Shown here: piece after piece, positions 49,265-58,606 of the stretch
Layout: every line of letters begins with the position of its first letter
Position numbering within the stretch: the stretch's first letter is position 1
Origin: an uncultured Chromatiales bacterium
GTDB taxonomy: Bacteria; Pseudomonadota; Gammaproteobacteria; RBG-16-57-12
Direction: 5' to 3'
Length of the DNA: 63,937 nucleotides
Assembly (NCBI GenBank): GCA_964557295.1
Contig: CAZKZP010000008.1
Location: 22,897-86,833 of the forward strand
Notes under the pieces: model-generated
The model's database searches: none
Told to the model about the DNA's origin: nothing
What the model saw: the letters and a program-made list of their open reading frames with translations, nothing else
Program-made: the position numbers and the translations under genes

Positions 49265-50038
49265 ATGATCAAGGTCACCGCGGTACCGGCATTTTCCGAC
49301 AATTATATCTGGTTGATCGGCCGGGAGAACAATCCTCACGTCGCACTGGTCGATCCCGGCGATCATACGCCAGTACTCGCCTACGTGCGCGAACAACAGC
49401 TGACACCGTGCGCCATTCTGATCACCCATCACCATGGCGACCACATCGGCGGCATCGCCGGCCTGCTGCGCGAGTATGACATCCCAGTCTACGGACCGAA
49501 ACACGAGCGCATCCCCCACATCAGCCACCCGCTCGAGGAAGGCGACACGGTAATCCTCGAAGCAATCGACGCGACCTTCCGCGTGATCGACACCCCCGGC
49601 CATACCTCAGGCCATATCTGTTACTATGGGGCCGGTTCGCTGTTTTGCGGGGATACACTGTTTACCTGCGGCTGCGGGCGGCTATTCGAAGGCAGCGCGG
49701 AGCAGATGCAGCAGTCCCTGGCCAAGATCCGCGCCTTGCCCGACCAGACGCGCGTTTATTGCGCCCACGAATATACCCTGGCCAACATCGGGTTTGCCCT
49801 GATCGCCGATCCCGCCAATCAGGCGCTCCAAGCGCGCCACACGGAAGACGCCGCCACACGCCGGCGCGGGCAGGGCACGGTGCCCAGCCTGCTGGGCCTG
49901 GAAAAGCAGACCAATCCCTTTTTACGCTGGGATGACAAGAATTTGATCGCCGCCGCAGAAAAATTCCTGGGGAAGGGCTTAAAATCCCCTGCGGAAATCT
50001 TCGGCGCCATCCGATACTGGAAAGATACCCTGGACTGA
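49265..50038 (+). CDS. gloB: Hydroxyacylglutathione hydrolase (glyoxalase II)
   Basis: 257 aa with the metallo-beta-lactamase motif ILITHHHGDHIGG. Confidence 0.9.
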   Translation: MIKVTAVPAFSDNYIWLIGRENNPHVALVDPGDHTPVLAYVREQQLTPCAILITHHHGDHIGGIAGLLREYDIPVYGPKHERIPHISHPLEEGDTVILEAIDATFRVIDTPGHTSGHICYYGAGSLFCGDTLFTCGCGRLFEGSAEQMQQSLAKIRALPDQTRVYCAHEYTLANIGFALIADPANQALQARHTEDAATRRRGQGTVPSLLGLEKQTNPFLRWDDKNLIAAAEKFLGKGLKSPAEIFGAIRYWKDTLD

Positions 50039-50072
50039 ACCTGACATTGCACAGGAAAGAGCAGATAACGCC

Positions 50073-51812
50073 ATGAAATATCTCAGAAGAAGCACATGCA
50101 GCGGTCTCTCCGCCTTATTGCTGGTCAGCGGGGTGCTCGCCGGGTGCGCCTCGCACGCGCCCAAGCAGGAACTCCAAATCACGGAGCAGCCCCTGTCCCG
50201 GTCCCCGGCTTCGTCCGCCACGGAGGCTCCGGCGGCGGCCGAGCAGGACGAAATCAAAACCGCGCTCGCACCTGCCGCGCCGGTGGCAACCGAATCCCCA
50301 ACCCACAGTTCCGCGAAGGTCGCGAGCGAGACCGAATCAGGCGAGGACTCCTCCGAAAGGCTTCTGTCGGCCTCAGAGGCGGAAACGACCTCTGAAATCG
50401 ACGCATCCTCCGATCTCTGGCAACGCATCCGCGCCGGCTTCGCCCTTCCGGATCGTGAAAATCCGGGCGTCGAGACCGACAGACAGTGGTTCCTCGGCCA
50501 TCAGGACTACCTCCAGCGCACCCTGGAACGCGCCCGGCCATATCTCTTTTATATCGTCGAAGAGGTTCAGATCCGCGGCATGCCCACGGATCTCGCGTTG
50601 CTCCCGATCATCGAAAGCGCCTTCCAACCCTTCGCCTATTCGCATGGCCGCGCGGCGGGCATCTGGCAATTCATCCCAGGCACCGGGCGTCTCTACGGCC
50701 TGAAGCAGAACTGGTGGTATGACGGCCGGCGCGATATCTACGCCTCAACCCAGGCCGCGCTGAACCTGCTGCAAGCACTCCATAAGCAGTTCGGCGGTGA
50801 CTGGCTGCTGGCCCTCGCCGCCTACAACTCCGGCGCCGGCACCGTCTCACGCGCCATCAAAAAGAACCAGCAGCTCGGCAAGCCGACCGATTTCTGGTCC
50901 CTGGACCTGCCGCGGGAGACACGCGGTTATGTCCCCCGGCTGCTGGCGATCACCGATGTGGTGGACAAGGCCGAGGATTATGGCGTCAGCCTGCTCGACG
51001 TCCCCAACGAGCCGTATTTCGCGGTCGTTGACGTCTCCACACAAATCGATCTGGCCGTCGCCGCCGAACTCGCCGGCCTCGAGACTGACGATCTGTATCG
51101 GCTCAATCCCGGTTTCAATCGCTGGGCGACCGATCCCGAAGGTCCGCATCAACTGCTGGTGCCGCTCGCAAATGCACAGGGCTTTTCCGAAGCACTGGAG
51201 CAATTGCCGGAAGACCAACGCGTCAAGTGGGTACGCCATAAGATCGAAGCGGGCGAAAACCTCAACACCATTGCGAAAAAATACCACACCTCCACGGCAC
51301 TGGTGGCCGAGGTCAACGACCTGCGTACACACGCGCTACGCGCGGGCAATTATCTGTTGATTCCCGCCGCCAAAAAGGAACTCGCCAATTACTCCCTCAC
51401 CGCGGACCGCCGACTGGCGTCGTTGCAGAATCAAGAACGCGATGGGCACAAGACCTCCTATGTGGTCCGGGCCGGCGACACATTTTGGAGTATCGCGCGC
51501 CAATTCAACGTCGCGGTGAAACAACTCGCGAGCTGGAACGGGATGGCGCCGCGGGATACGCTTAAGGCGAATCAAAAGTTGGTGGTGTGGACCAAGTCCC
51601 AACCACTTGCCGCCAAGGCGGCAAATGGCATCACACAAAAGATCCGCTACGTCGTGCGCCGGGGGGATTCCCTCGCCGCGATCGCCGGCAAATTCCAGGT
51701 CACGATCAAAGACCTGATCCGCTGGAACGGACTGAGCAACCGAAAACACCTCCAGCCCGGACAACAGCTGACCTTGTTCATCGATGTCATCAAGCAATCG
51801 GGCAACGGATAG
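50073..51812 (+). CDS. mltD: Membrane-bound lytic murein transglycosylase D (SLT domain + 3 LysM)
   Basis: 579 aa with lipobox VLAGC|A, SLT catalytic region IIESAFQPFAYSHGRAAGIWQF, and three LysM repeats (HKIEAGENLNTIAKKY, YVVRAGDTFWSIARQF, YVVRRGDSLAAIAGKF). Confidence 0.85.
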   Translation: MKYLRRSTCSGLSALLLVSGVLAGCASHAPKQELQITEQPLSRSPASSATEAPAAAEQDEIKTALAPAAPVATESPTHSSAKVASETESGEDSSERLLSASEAETTSEIDASSDLWQRIRAGFALPDRENPGVETDRQWFLGHQDYLQRTLERARPYLFYIVEEVQIRGMPTDLALLPIIESAFQPFAYSHGRAAGIWQFIPGTGRLYGLKQNWWYDGRRDIYASTQAALNLLQALHKQFGGDWLLALAAYNSGAGTVSRAIKKNQQLGKPTDFWSLDLPRETRGYVPRLLAITDVVDKAEDYGVSLLDVPNEPYFAVVDVSTQIDLAVAAELAGLETDDLYRLNPGFNRWATDPEGPHQLLVPLANAQGFSEALEQLPEDQRVKWVRHKIEAGENLNTIAKKYHTSTALVAEVNDLRTHALRAGNYLLIPAAKKELANYSLTADRRLASLQNQERDGHKTSYVVRAGDTFWSIARQFNVAVKQLASWNGMAPRDTLKANQKLVVWTKSQPLAAKAANGITQKIRYVVRRGDSLAAIAGKFQVTIKDLIRWNGLSNRKHLQPGQQLTLFIDVIKQSGNG

Positions 51813-51823
51813 CGATCGCGCAT

Positions 51824-51851
51824 AAAAAAACGGGGGAAGCGACTTCCCCCG
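51824..51851 (-). terminator. Intrinsic-terminator-like hairpin whose U-tract is on the minus strand
   Basis: aaaaaaa-CGGGGGAAG-cga-CTTCCCCCG. Read on the minus strand, this is a GC-rich 9-bp stem followed by TTTTTTT. On the plus strand, downstream of mltD, no T-run follows the stem. Confidence 0.5.
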
Positions 51852-52127
51852 CGCATACATACCCAACTCACCTGCACCGTCTTGTTTGTTGGCAGTGGAT
51901 CGCTAATGAAAAGTCCGGGCTTCATCCATCACCGCTCCGCTCGCGTTTCGCTTGCAGTCGCGGCTTGCAGCCGCATCTGATTCCCAGCCCAGACCTCCTG
52001 GCATTCCGCCCGCCCCCCGGCCATGCGCCCGGAAATACTATAAGTTTTATTTCAAGATTTCATAACCGCGGCCGAATCTTATAGAAGTCTTAAATTTTCA
52101 TTTCCCCAAGATTAAAACCTCGAACCC

Positions 52128-53177
52128 ATGAACAAGAACAAAACCCTCTTGATCTGCCAGGCGAGCACCGGAAGTCGACAGCTCCTCTCCCATCTGGAGC
52201 ATTGCGGATACCAGCCGCTCTACGCCAGCCGCGCCAAACGCGGTCTGGAGATGTTGCAGAAAGATCCCGTGTCGGTAGTCATCATCGGCGGCGATCTCCT
52301 CGATATGGAGGTGCTCACGCTGTTGCGCATCATCAAGGCCATTGACACGCATATCCAAGTGATCCTGATGACAGCGCATCCAAGCCCCGCATTCGTCATC
52401 AGGGCATTCCGGGAACAGTCCTTCGATGTGCTCTGCAACGCCGAGGAGTCGACATCGGGGCTCGGCGCCGTCATCGAGCGGGCGCTCGAGAGGGCCAAAC
52501 ACCTGCGGGAAACCAGCAACCTCCTCCAGCAGCTCAAATCCTGCAACAGCAAATACTCCGCCATCAACAATGAAAACCAGCTGCTCATCAAACAACTGAG
52601 CGAAAAGAATCAAGAGTTGACGCAAGCCAACGAAATGCTCATGCGACTGGCCTATCGCGACAGCCTGACGGGATTGGCCAATCTACGCTGTTTCCGCGAA
52701 AGCCTGCGTCAGGAGATCGCGCGCTCTGAACGCTACAAACACATATTCTCGCTGGCGTTTCTCGACATCGACTATTTCAAGCACTACAACGACGCCAATG
52801 GCCATCCCGCCGGGGATCGGCTCTTGCATGCCTTCGCTGAACTGCTGCAGGAAGAGGTCCGCACCTCGGACAGCGTGTTCCGTTACGGCGGCGAGGAATT
52901 CATCGTGATCCTGCCTTCGACCGACAAGGGCAACGCCGTCATGGTGGCTGAGAGACTCGTGCAAAGCATCGCTGACTATCCTTTCTTCGAGCGGGAAAAA
53001 CATCCCGGCGGCAGAATCACCGCCAGCATCGGCGTGGCATCGTTCCCCGAGGACGGCGCCACAGCGGAGATCCTGATTCAAAACGCCGATCAGGCCCTCT
53101 ATCAAGCCAAACGCGCAGGACGCAACACGGCGCGCACCTTGGAGCAAAATCATCGATTCGAATCTCTGAGGGCCTGA
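52128..53177 (+). CDS. Diguanylate cyclase with a degenerate N-terminal receiver-like domain (REC*-coiled coil-GGDEF)
   Basis: 349 aa with a GGEEF active site and an RxxD I-site five residues upstream (RTSD-SVFRY-GGEEF). The receiver-like domain lacks the N-terminal acidic pair (LLICQAS) and the conserved Lys (FDVLCNAEE). Confidence 0.85.
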   Translation: MNKNKTLLICQASTGSRQLLSHLEHCGYQPLYASRAKRGLEMLQKDPVSVVIIGGDLLDMEVLTLLRIIKAIDTHIQVILMTAHPSPAFVIRAFREQSFDVLCNAEESTSGLGAVIERALERAKHLRETSNLLQQLKSCNSKYSAINNENQLLIKQLSEKNQELTQANEMLMRLAYRDSLTGLANLRCFRESLRQEIARSERYKHIFSLAFLDIDYFKHYNDANGHPAGDRLLHAFAELLQEEVRTSDSVFRYGGEEFIVILPSTDKGNAVMVAERLVQSIADYPFFEREKHPGGRITASIGVASFPEDGATAEILIQNADQALYQAKRAGRNTARTLEQNHRFESLRA

Positions 53178-53269
53178 GCCTCACACGTCACTCGGGTCTG
53201 CCCTCTCGATATTGCGCATCCGCGCTATTCTCAGTAAGGTGTTGGAGATATTCTTCAACGAGGCTTCGC

Positions 53270-54451
53270 ATGGCTTACTCATCCTTTCACCCGCCGCAGC
53301 GCACCTTGATGGGTCCGGGCCCATCGGACATCGCCCCCCGCGTTCTCGCCGCCATGGCCCGTCCGACGATCGGCCATCTCGATCCGGCTTTCATCGGGAT
53401 GATGGATGAGGTCAAGGCGATGCTGCAATACGCGTTTCAAACCAAGAACGCGATGACCTTGCCGGTCTCCGGCCCCGGCTCGGCCGGCATGGAAACCTGC
53501 TTCGTCAATCTGATCGAACCCGGCGACGAAGTGATCGTATGCCAGAACGGCGTGTTCGGCGGCCGGATGAAGGAGAATGTGCAACGCCACGGCGGCATCG
53601 CCGTCATGGTGCAGGACGGCTGGGGCAAACCCGTTGACCCAAACAAGGTGGCGGAGGCGCTTAAAGCCCATCCCAAGGCCAAGCTCGTCGCCTTCGTTCA
53701 TGCGGAGACCTCCACCGGGGCGCAGTCCGACGCCAAGACCATTTGCGACATCGCGCGGCGGCACGATTGTCTCACCATCGTCGACACCGTCACCTCACTC
53801 GGCGGAACCCCCGTGTTGGTGGATGACTGGGGCGCCGATGCCGTCTATGCCGGCACACAGAAATGCCTCTCCTGTGTGCCCGGCCTCGCGCCCGTCACCT
53901 TTTCCGATCGCGCGGTCGCGATGATCAAGGGCCGCACGGCGCCCATACACAGCTGGTTCATGGATTTGAGCCTGATCATGGGGTACTGGGGCGCCAGCCA
54001 CCGGCGCGCCTACCATCACACCGCCCCCATCAATGCCTTGTATGCGCTGCACGAGGCGCTGGTCATGTTGCAAGAAGAAGGACTGGAGAACGCCTGGGCC
54101 AGACATCTGAAACACCACCACGCCTTGCGCGCCGGCCTGGAAGCGATGGGCCTGGCATTCGTCGTGGACGAAGCGTATCGCCTGCCGCAATTGAACGCCG
54201 TGCGTATTCCTGAAGGTGTCGATGACGCGGCGGTACGCGCCCGCTTGCTCCAGGAGTACGGGCTCGAGATCGGCGCCGGGCTCGGCGAAATGGCGGCGAA
54301 GGTGTGGCGCATCGGCCTCATGGGACAGTCGTGCACGGCGCGCAACGTGCTCTACTGTCTGCACGCGCTGGAAGGCGTGCTCACGCAGCTCAACGCGCCG
54401 ATCGAGCGCGGGGTCGCGATTGCCGCCGCGCAGGCGCGTTTGAGCGGTTAG
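53270..54451 (+). CDS. Class V aminotransferase (serine-pyruvate / alanine-glyoxylate aminotransferase type)
   Basis: 393 aa; N-terminal LMGPGPSDIAPRVLAAM and PLP-lysine GTQKCLS are typical of the AGXT/SPT family. Confidence 0.8.
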   Translation: MAYSSFHPPQRTLMGPGPSDIAPRVLAAMARPTIGHLDPAFIGMMDEVKAMLQYAFQTKNAMTLPVSGPGSAGMETCFVNLIEPGDEVIVCQNGVFGGRMKENVQRHGGIAVMVQDGWGKPVDPNKVAEALKAHPKAKLVAFVHAETSTGAQSDAKTICDIARRHDCLTIVDTVTSLGGTPVLVDDWGADAVYAGTQKCLSCVPGLAPVTFSDRAVAMIKGRTAPIHSWFMDLSLIMGYWGASHRRAYHHTAPINALYALHEALVMLQEEGLENAWARHLKHHHALRAGLEAMGLAFVVDEAYRLPQLNAVRIPEGVDDAAVRARLLQEYGLEIGAGLGEMAAKVWRIGLMGQSCTARNVLYCLHALEGVLTQLNAPIERGVAIAAAQARLSG

Positions 54452-54455
54452 CGCC

Positions 54456-55265
54456 CTACTTCAGCATGGTGGCCGGTGTTGGAATCAACTCGATGGCAAA
54501 GATCGCCGGCCAATTCTTGCCGGTCACATAGATGCGGTCGCGCGCCGGATCATAGGCAATGCCATTGAGGACGCCCGACTCTCCGCGGTAGCCGGAGCGC
54601 GCCAGCAGGCCGGTGAGATCGATGACGCCTGTCACCTGTCCGGAATCCGGCGCGATCATCACGATATAATCGGTCTGCCAGATATTGGCGAAGATCCGGC
54701 CTTTGATGAACTCCAGCTCGTTGAGATTCTTGACCGGCTGGCCCCGCAGCGTGACCTGCACTTTGCCCAGCACACGCAGCGAGTCTGGATCATGGAAATA
54801 CAGTTGATCGCTGCCGTCGCTCAAAATCAGCCGCCGGCCATCGTGGGTCAGCCCCCACCCCTCAGTCGCATATTCAAACGAGCCCATGCGTTCCAGGGTG
54901 TTCTTGTCGTAGATGAATCCGATCCTGGATCGCCAAGTCAACTGAAACAATCGTTTGCCAAGGATCGTAATGCCCTCGCCGAAATACCGACTCGCCAGAT
55001 CGTTCCGCAGCAAAATCTTGCCTGTGGCAAGTTCGATTTTTCGGATGCTCGACTGTCCATAAAGCCCCGTGCTCAGATATAAATCATCCTGTTCGACGCT
55101 CAAGCCCTGCGTGAAGGCCGCGATGTCGTGCGGATGACTCTGGAGTATCCGGTAGGTGTAATACTGCACGGGGTTTGGCGTGGATGGCCGCGCCGCGACC
55201 GGTGTGATCATCCAAGGCAAGATGAAAAGAATGAATATGCTGATGACTGTGAGCGCGCGTGGCAT
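54456..55265 (-). CDS. Glutaminyl-peptide cyclotransferase (plant/bacterial beta-propeller type), secreted
   Basis: 269 aa with a signal peptide. YRILQSHPHDIAAFTQGL...LYLSTGLYGQSSIRKIELATGKIL matches the glutamine cyclotransferase family. Its stop lies 4 nt from the convergent aminotransferase stop. Confidence 0.75.
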   Translation of the reverse strand: MPRALTVISIFILFILPWMITPVAARPSTPNPVQYYTYRILQSHPHDIAAFTQGLSVEQDDLYLSTGLYGQSSIRKIELATGKILLRNDLASRYFGEGITILGKRLFQLTWRSRIGFIYDKNTLERMGSFEYATEGWGLTHDGRRLILSDGSDQLYFHDPDSLRVLGKVQVTLRGQPVKNLNELEFIKGRIFANIWQTDYIVMIAPDSGQVTGVIDLTGLLARSGYRGESGVLNGIAYDPARDRIYVTGKNWPAIFAIELIPTPATMLK

Positions 55266-55305
55266 GAGCGAGGCCGATCAATGCAATTCGGCCATTATAG
55301 CGCGC

Positions 55306-56532
55306 TCAACGCTTCTTGGCAGCGCCGCTGGGCAGACCGTCCAATAAGGCGTTCAGCTCCTCGTCGTTGAGCAGGGCATCCGCATCGACCATGGCATCTT
55401 TGGAATGGGGCTTACCGGAAAGCTCCACATCGGCCCGATCCAGCATCTTTTCCAAATCGATTTCAGCCGGCTCATCATCGCGTCGCTGCACCTCCGCGTG
55501 GGCGCTCGCCTTCTTCGGACCTCCCACATCGAGATCGATAACGATGTCACCATCATCGTCGGGCGTCGCGGGGACATTGGATTTGACTTCCGCGGCGCTC
55601 CCGATCTCATGGAACAAACTGCTTTCTTTCTCGGTCGCGACGATCTTCTCTTCCAGACGACGCATCTGTTCCATCTTCAACGTTTCCACGCACAACTTGA
55701 GATCGGTGCTGGCGCCATCCATTTTGTTGACCTCTGCCTCGAGCTGCGCTAGATCTGCGCGACTGAGCTGCTCGGACGAAGCCAACCCTTTGATGGAGTC
55801 GATATTGGCGCCGCTCTGCGCGAGCATCGTTCTCAGCTCATTGAATCCATCCAGTGAATCGGCCAAGTCCTCCTGGTCGAGTCCCGGCACCTCGTCCAAC
55901 AGATCCTTGCCCGTGAGTCCTTCCAGCGTATCGAGATTGTCGAACAGCTTCTCCTTGAACTGTTCCAGCGCCGCCACCTTGGCACTGACCTTATCGGCAG
56001 TGACATTTCCACTGGCCAGCTCGGAGATGTCATGCACCAGATCCTGCACCACGCCCATATAGCCGTACATGGTATCCTGCATGCCGGAAAAACTTTCCTT
56101 GGCCTTCTTCCATGCCTGACTCGCCACCTCGACCACCGGCGCGGCTTCCTGCGGCGGCTGCGGCAGCAAATCCGTCAACCCGGAAAACAACCTGCTCCAC
56201 TGGGTCTGCACCTGATCGTTGCCGCTGAGGCTGGTCTGCTCGTTTTGCAGATAGGCCATTCTGAATTGCAGAAACCTGATTTCCTCGGCGGACAACTCTT
56301 TATTGTTGATCTTGCCTGCATCGTCCATGTCGAGAAACTCGCGCGTTTCATGCATGAGATAATCGAACAACTGGTGGGCATTCATGCCGGGCTCTTCTGC
56401 GCGCTCGCTCATCATTTGCCGCAGCTTCTTGTTGGCATTGGCATTCTTGCGGAACAGCAGGGCGATAATCACGCTCATGAGCAATATCGCCTCGCCCATG
56501 AACAGAACTGCCAAAGTCATGCCGGTACTCAT
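55306..56532 (-). CDS. Single-pass membrane protein with a long acidic coiled-coil cytoplasmic region; unknown function
   Basis: 408 aa. GAGGAG lies 3 nt upstream of the ATG. N-terminal TM segment (LAVLFMGEAILLMSVIIALLF) followed by RKNANANKK. The rest is Asp/Glu/Leu-rich and ends ...DALLNDEELNALLDGLPSGAAKKR. Confidence 0.55.
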   Translation of the reverse strand: MSTGMTLAVLFMGEAILLMSVIIALLFRKNANANKKLRQMMSERAEEPGMNAHQLFDYLMHETREFLDMDDAGKINNKELSAEEIRFLQFRMAYLQNEQTSLSGNDQVQTQWSRLFSGLTDLLPQPPQEAAPVVEVASQAWKKAKESFSGMQDTMYGYMGVVQDLVHDISELASGNVTADKVSAKVAALEQFKEKLFDNLDTLEGLTGKDLLDEVPGLDQEDLADSLDGFNELRTMLAQSGANIDSIKGLASSEQLSRADLAQLEAEVNKMDGASTDLKLCVETLKMEQMRRLEEKIVATEKESSLFHEIGSAAEVKSNVPATPDDDGDIVIDLDVGGPKKASAHAEVQRRDDEPAEIDLEKMLDRADVELSGKPHSKDAMVDADALLNDEELNALLDGLPSGAAKKR

Positions 56533-56596
56533 AGTCTCCTCGCCTTGTTCCAGGCGCCGAAAAAACGCGTTTTCATGCGCTCGAAGTGGTCACCGC

Positions 56597-58468
56597 TTAT
56601 TTCTTGTCCAACTCGCCATCATCGAAAATGCCGTCCATCTCCTTGGCGATCCGATCGGAATCGTTGTCCTTCATCTCTTCAAAGACAATCTCTTCGCGCG
56701 CGGCATCCTCCTCGGCCAGCGCCGCGCGCTTGCCCTCCTGGCTGGCGGATTGCTCCGCACCTGCCGGAGATGGTTTCTCACCGCTCGTTCGTTTCTTTGC
56801 CGTGGCATCGGTGTCCGCCGGCGCGGCTGGCGCAGCCTTCTTTTTGATCACGAAGAAATATACGGCCGCCGCCGCCAAGCCGACGACGAGATTCACCACG
56901 ACGAAGATGACGATTCCGAACATGATACCGGACTCTTCTTCCGCTCCGGCGTGCGGCACCGCAGCAGGGCTTGGCTGGGGATGAGCCGTCTCCTTCACTG
57001 CGGCGGGTGTCGGTACCGGGCTTTCGATCACCGCATGCTCCTTGACTGCATGCCCCAACGGGGCCGGCGGCGCGGGTGTCTCAGCGACCTGAAAGGTGGT
57101 GGGGGCGCTATCACTCAGATCGATGAAGACCTTGTCGTCCTTGTGCGTGACCGCGTGCAATGCCTCCTCGGGCGTGATCGGCGGCACCAGATCCAGGATC
57201 TTGACCATCTGGCGGTCGAAGGTGGCACCGATGGCATTGATGACGATACTGTAACGCCCCTGTTTGTCCAGCGCGAGATCGGCTTGATACTTGCCGCTCG
57301 GCGCCTGTGTGGCGTCCTGCACCGGGTCGACTTGCTTGTTGATCGAGGTTTTTTCCGGCAATGAGGCATTCAAACCAAGTTCCACACTCCCCAAGACCTC
57401 GGGCTTGGTGATGATACTGCCGCCGTCTTCCAACCAAGAAGTGATGAGCAGGCTATCTCCTGGCTGCGGAGAGACGGGCGTGAAATCCACGTGCAACTTC
57501 AGATCGGTGATGACGTAGGCGCGATTGCCCTCGGCCACGGGACTGATCTGCCATGCCCCTGGTTTCGGCTCCTTGATCGTGATCAGATCGAATTCGGGAG
57601 ACTCCATCCAGCGCGTGAAATCGCCATGGGCTTGCGCCGTCAAGATTTCATTGGCGGGCGATGTGAGGGTTACCACCTCGCCGCGGCCGTCTTTGCCGGC
57701 GACGATGGTGATCTCCTTCACCGAGGCGTCGATCTGGAAGGTTTTGCCTTTGAACGGGATGACATCCGGGGTTTTGCTTTGTTCGAAGATGGCGGCGAAG
57801 ACGCGGTGCAGTTCCTTGTCGGTCTGCGCGAGATTGAACTGGCCGCCGGTCAACGATGCGATGCTTTGCAGCAGGCGGGTATCGGATTCATCGGTGAAGG
57901 CGATGGTGTGTATGGCCACGCCCTTTTCCTTGAGTCCCGGCACCACCCCGGTGAGCGCCGCTTCGATGGCCTGCCTGGATTCCCGCGCATCCCCCAGATC
58001 CATCCGGCCGTCGGACATCAGCACGATCATGCGCCTGCGCTTTTCATCGGCGTCTCTTTCCAGCACCTTGCCGGCGGCCTCCAAGGCGGCGGTGATATTG
58101 GTGTAAGCGCCCTTGGAAGAAATCTTTTCAACGGCGCCGAACAGTCTGGCCTGGCTTTGATCGGGCGTGTTTGGCGTGAGATACACGATGGGATAGCCCT
58201 GATCGCTGAAGCTCACCACGCTTACGCGGTCATTCCCATCGAGCAAGGAGATCAGCAGCCGCGCTGCGGGCTTGCGCAGTTCCTGCGGATCGTTTTTTTT
58301 CATGCTGCCGGAGCTGTCCATCACCAGCACGATATCGAGCGGCGCCGCGGCGAGCGCCACCGCCGCGAGCATCCACAGGAACAGGACCGCCGGCAGATGC
58401 CGGATTACGCGCCTGATATTCGTTTGTCTTCCCATCTCCGAAACGTCTCTGCTCATTGTGGTTATCAT
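56597..58468 (-). CDS. VWA-domain protein with N-terminal signal/anchor, periplasmic beta-rich region, C-terminal TM segment and acidic cytoplasmic tail
   Basis: 623 aa with MIDAS motif VLVMDSSGSM. C-terminal TM segment IMFGIVIFVVVNLVVGLAAAAVYFFVI followed by KKK and an acidic tail. The start is ambiguous (58468, 58456 or 58435). Confidence 0.75.
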   Translation of the reverse strand: MITTMSRDVSEMGRQTNIRRVIRHLPAVLFLWMLAAVALAAAPLDIVLVMDSSGSMKKNDPQELRKPAARLLISLLDGNDRVSVVSFSDQGYPIVYLTPNTPDQSQARLFGAVEKISSKGAYTNITAALEAAGKVLERDADEKRRRMIVLMSDGRMDLGDARESRQAIEAALTGVVPGLKEKGVAIHTIAFTDESDTRLLQSIASLTGGQFNLAQTDKELHRVFAAIFEQSKTPDVIPFKGKTFQIDASVKEITIVAGKDGRGEVVTLTSPANEILTAQAHGDFTRWMESPEFDLITIKEPKPGAWQISPVAEGNRAYVITDLKLHVDFTPVSPQPGDSLLITSWLEDGGSIITKPEVLGSVELGLNASLPEKTSINKQVDPVQDATQAPSGKYQADLALDKQGRYSIVINAIGATFDRQMVKILDLVPPITPEEALHAVTHKDDKVFIDLSDSAPTTFQVAETPAPPAPLGHAVKEHAVIESPVPTPAAVKETAHPQPSPAAVPHAGAEEESGIMFGIVIFVVVNLVVGLAAAAVYFFVIKKKAAPAAPADTDATAKKRTSGEKPSPAGAEQSASQEGKRAALAEEDAAREEIVFEEMKDNDSDRIAKEMDGIFDDGELDKK

Positions 58469-58486
58469 AGGTTGAGCCTGAACACG

Positions 58487-58544
58487 TAGCCTGGATTGAG
58501 CGCCTTTTGCGCAACCCGGATCTCGCTTCGTTCAACCCAGGCTA
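58487..58544. repeat. REP-like long hairpin downstream of pepN
   Basis: tagcctggattgagcg (58487-58502) pairs 14/16 with cgttcaacccaggcta (58529-58544). The sequence resembles common proteobacterial REP-type repeats. It may act as the pepN 3' stem-loop. Confidence 0.5.
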
Positions 58545-58606
58545 TTGATAGAGGCATTATCGGAAGGCGCTGGTAAATGTTTAATCCTCTGGCAGTTTAT
58601 GACTTT

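Noticed and set aside
56032-58489. Plus-strand ORFs 56032-56847, 56384-57364 and 57491-58489
   Set aside because: They lie antisense to the coiled-coil and VWA genes. The minus-strand products have coherent signal, TM and MIDAS features, and these do not.
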